Of a DNA stretch of 64,000 bases, positions 60,968-64,000 are shown in pieces (within the stretch, counting starts at the first letter, position 1; each line of letters opens with the position of its first letter). The notes under the pieces are model-generated. The model made no database searches, had not been told where the DNA came from, and saw only the letters and a program-made list of their open reading frames with translations. The stretch spans positions 10,788,001 through 10,852,000 of the forward strand of contig OZ024742.1 in the NCBI GenBank assembly GCA_964016885.1, in the 5' to 3' direction. The translations under genes and the position numbers were made by a program. Origin of the DNA: Eledone cirrhosa. Lineage: Eukaryota.

Positions 60968-61443
60968 ATAATAAATAATACTATGTATACTAGGTTTACT
61001 TTGTATAAAGAAATTTTTTTTTTTTATTTTACTATATTTATATAATATGTAACATTTGATATTTAATATACTATATCAACTGTACCACCCCTTAGGCCCC
61101 AACACACCCGAGGTGTGGTAACACCCACTTAGAGAAGCTCTGATGTAGATACTCCATGGTAATCAGCTGTCATAAGACACTACAGTCACACTACTTGTCT
61201 TCTGGGGTGGGGGACAATATTAACCAAGATTGGTAAACACTGAGAATGAGACAAAAAATATAAAGAATGCTGAGAGGAATAATTGTGGAGAAAAAACTAG
61301 AAGACAGACTGGGTTAGGGGTGGGGGTGTTATAGAGAATCATTTACCTGGAGGAATATAGGAATAATAGAATAAACAGAACAGATCTGCAATATTTAATA
61401 CAAACAATGTATTATATGTTGGAGTGTAATGGCTATATGTGTG

Positions 61444-61486
<43 letters not shown>

Positions 61487-61649
61487 GTGTGTGAATGTAA
61501 TGGGTATATGTGTGTGTGTGAGTGTAATGTGTATATATATATATATTCCATCCATTCCATCATTTTTACGTCCGCTTTTTCCCTGCTTGCAAGGGTGGGA
61601 CCATATATATATATATATATGTATATATGTATATATTTATGTATGTGTT

Positions 61650-62315
61650 AGTGTCTTGGCATCACTCAGCAAGACCTTTGTTAGCCGCTCTCCAGCCAGC
61701 TATTTAAAGCTGTATACAGCTATGGTACGACCACACTTGGAATTCGCATCATCAGTCTGGAACCCCTATCTTGCTCAGAACATTGACCTCCTGGAAACTG
61801 TTCAGAGACGTGCAACCAAGCGCATACCCTCCATCAGACACCTACCATACTCTGAACGCCTTGCTTCCCTGGGCATGGATACATTGAAGCTCCGACGTCT
61901 GGCAATGGACTTAGTAAAGACCCACAAAGTTATTAACCATCTCGCCAACAACAACCCTGAGCAACATTTGATCTCCATGTGTCTAACACACGTGGACATG
62001 CCTACAAAATCAGAAAACAGCACAGCTCCCATGACTTTCGGAAACATTTTTTCACGCTCAGAGTTGCTGAAGCATAGAACAAACTGCCTGCGTCAGTTGT
62101 TAGCTGCCGAGACACTGCATCCTTTAAAACCCTCATGCTTCCCGAAATACGCCAAAACTACACCTGATGTACCCCTTCCATACACATGCTCACCTGTATA
62201 TATCATGACTCATGCACTGTTCATTTTCCTGACGTTTGTACATTACCTTATGTACTATACATGCACTTTTTGATGAGTTGTAGTGCACCTGAGCACTGTA
62301 CACAATATTTCATTT
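61650..62315 (+). mobile_element. CR1-like LINE 3' fragment
   Basis: LKLYTAMVRPHLEFASSVWNPY..LETVQRRATKRI..YSERLASLGMDTLKLRR. Confidence 0.9.
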
Positions 62316-62364
62316 ATATGTGTATGATGATATTGTCATCGTTTAACTGTCTATCTTCCACGAC

Positions 62365-62720
62365 TAGAAGTCGGTGGAAACCGCGGAGTTGAGAGACCCA
62401 AGAAGACTTGGGATGAGGTGATAAAAGCCGACCTTACCCTCTCGATGACACACGACCGTGACCTCTGGCGTCACACAGTAATACAGAAGACCCCGACCCC
62501 CCATGGGTACAAGCCGAGGGGAAGCATATTGACAATATGCCCCCACACCCTCCCACTGCAAAGTGGTCATGGAGGTGCCACGGAAAAAAGCACCCAGCAC
62601 TCACTGTAAATGAGGTTGGTGTTATGAAGGGCATCCAGATGTAGAAATCAAGCCAGAATCAGTTCCCGTCCCACCCTTGCAAGCAGGGAAAAGCGGACGT
62701 AAAATGATGATGATGATGAG
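62365..62720 (+). mobile_element. RTE 3' fragment
   Basis: GNRGVERPKKTWDEVIKADL, 3' UTR, (tga)n tail. Confidence 0.85.
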
Positions 62721-62754
62721 TTCTAGTCCCGTAGAAGCCGTCTGGGTTCTGACT

Positions 62755-62841
62755 CTTTTCCTATTACCCACTCTACTACCCAAAGTATTGAGTACTCTGG
62801 TGTGTTATGGTCCACCTGGTTCCTTACCACACTTCCTTTGT

Positions 62842-62843
<2 letters not shown>
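62755..62843 (+). mobile_element. Terminal fragment of the Naiad-like Penelope family
   Basis: Matches 9250-9335. Confidence 0.75.
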
Positions 62844-62867
<24 letters not shown>

Positions 62868-62872
<5 letters not shown>

Positions 62873-63102
62873 TAAAGAAAACGAAAAATCAGTGATGCAT
62901 CTGGACTCAATTTATTGCGTGTTACAAATGTTTCGCCGGCAGGTAGCTCGAGACATGATCCCTGTATGGATCTGGCTGATTCTACAGCTGCAGGTTCTTT
63001 CAGAAACGGTATTTCATTTGGAGCAAATTTTATCACTCCAATTGTAACACGCAATAAATTAAGTCCAGATGCAGCACTGATTTTTCGTTTTCTTTATACT
63101 AT
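62868..63102. repeat. Fold-back element (~58-bp arms) enclosing a degenerate minus-strand hammerhead
   Basis: agtataaagaaaacgaaaaatcagtg..gcgtgttaca / tgtaacacgc..cactgatttttcgttttctttatact. Confidence 0.75.
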
Positions 63103-63229
63103 CTACACTCTACTCTGCTGAATATCGAGTGTTAATTTTGGCATACCGCCTATGGAAGCACCATAGCTACCATTATACACAACTATATATATATAGGTAA
63201 TTCCGAAGGAAAAGCAAAGGAAAACAGCT

Positions 63230-63392
63230 ATTTAATTAGAAAGTGAACAACACAAAATATAACTACTCCATTACCAAAGGATAACATCTCTGCCTGATGA
63301 CCGATGCAGACGTATATTATTATTGTCTGGGACCCAGAAACCTTTGGTAATGGAGTAGTTATATTTTGTGCTGTTCACTTTCTAATGAAATA
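63230..63392. repeat. Fold-back element (~50-bp arms) enclosing a degenerate plus-strand hammerhead
   Basis: attagaaagtgaaca..ccattaccaaagg / cctttggtaatgg..tgttcactttctaat; CTGATGA at 63294, GAAA at 63337. Confidence 0.7.
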
Positions 63393-63606
63393 TATATATA
63401 TAGAATAGAATGGCTTCTTATAAAAAAAAACCCAGTGACCTCAGTTAAAGTAAGTTACTAAGTAGTGAGGAAACCAACCAAATTTTATTTCACATAGATG
63501 TGACTAGCACTGTTTCATTCTGTGATAACATCATCAGGGCTTCTCCACCAGATGAAACAGTACTAGTCCTGTAGAAGTCACATCCATTTGAAATATATAT
63601 ATATAT

Positions 63607-64000
63607 ACTAGCTGAGGTACCCGGTAACACCCGGGAGCAGGGGTATTCCCAGTTCCCATTAAAATGCCCAATGCCTCTCAGACCAAAAATGAAATCAAAA
63701 TATAGGAGAGATATTGAAAAGCGAAGACAAATTCATTTACGAAACAATAATACAAACAAATATTGTTGATTGCATTGGTCAGGTGAAAAAAATGTTTGAG
63801 TGTTGCTATAAGGAAAACAATAGAACCCCCATTAGGGTGTCTTAATATTATTGAAATTTGCTGAAATTTTGTGAATAGGCATCATATCTCGTCATTCACC
63901 TATGGTTTAAATTTCATATAAATCTAAAGGAAAAAAATTTCAGCGGGGGAACCCTTTGATTAAAATGAAATATACGTAAGAAATCAAATGGGGATGAGCC
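63607..64000. mobile_element. Helitron/Helentron-like element terminus and probable body
   Basis: tactagctgaggtacccggtaacacccggg, reverse-complement match to 3548-3578; extent uncertain. Confidence 0.45.

Overview
AT-rich, repeat-dominated animal genomic DNA; the SINE/RTE repertoire and microsatellite load suggest a cephalopod (Octopus-like), which is an inference. Almost all ORFs in the supplied track are microsatellite artefacts. Host coding sequence I can support is two short + strand exons (52604-52669, 57619-57720) that splice in frame into a semaphorin Sema-domain segment. The rest is retroelements: RTE LINEs with a PHD finger inserted in the reverse transcriptase, an RTE zinc-finger tail, CR1 fragments, three distinct Penelope-like elements (GIY-YIG), SINEs, piggyBac-like MITEs, minisatellites and about 12 kb of interrupted (TA)n arrays, plus a 200-N gap. 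The most notable signal is a dense set of type I hammerhead ribozyme motifs from several unrelated families. It includes a non-coding head-to-tail array of three ~470-nt units each carrying an intact minimal hammerhead (retrozyme-like, 22437-23992) and a Penelope hammerhead with a compensatory U3:A8 core. All folds were paired by eye; no activity is demonstrated.
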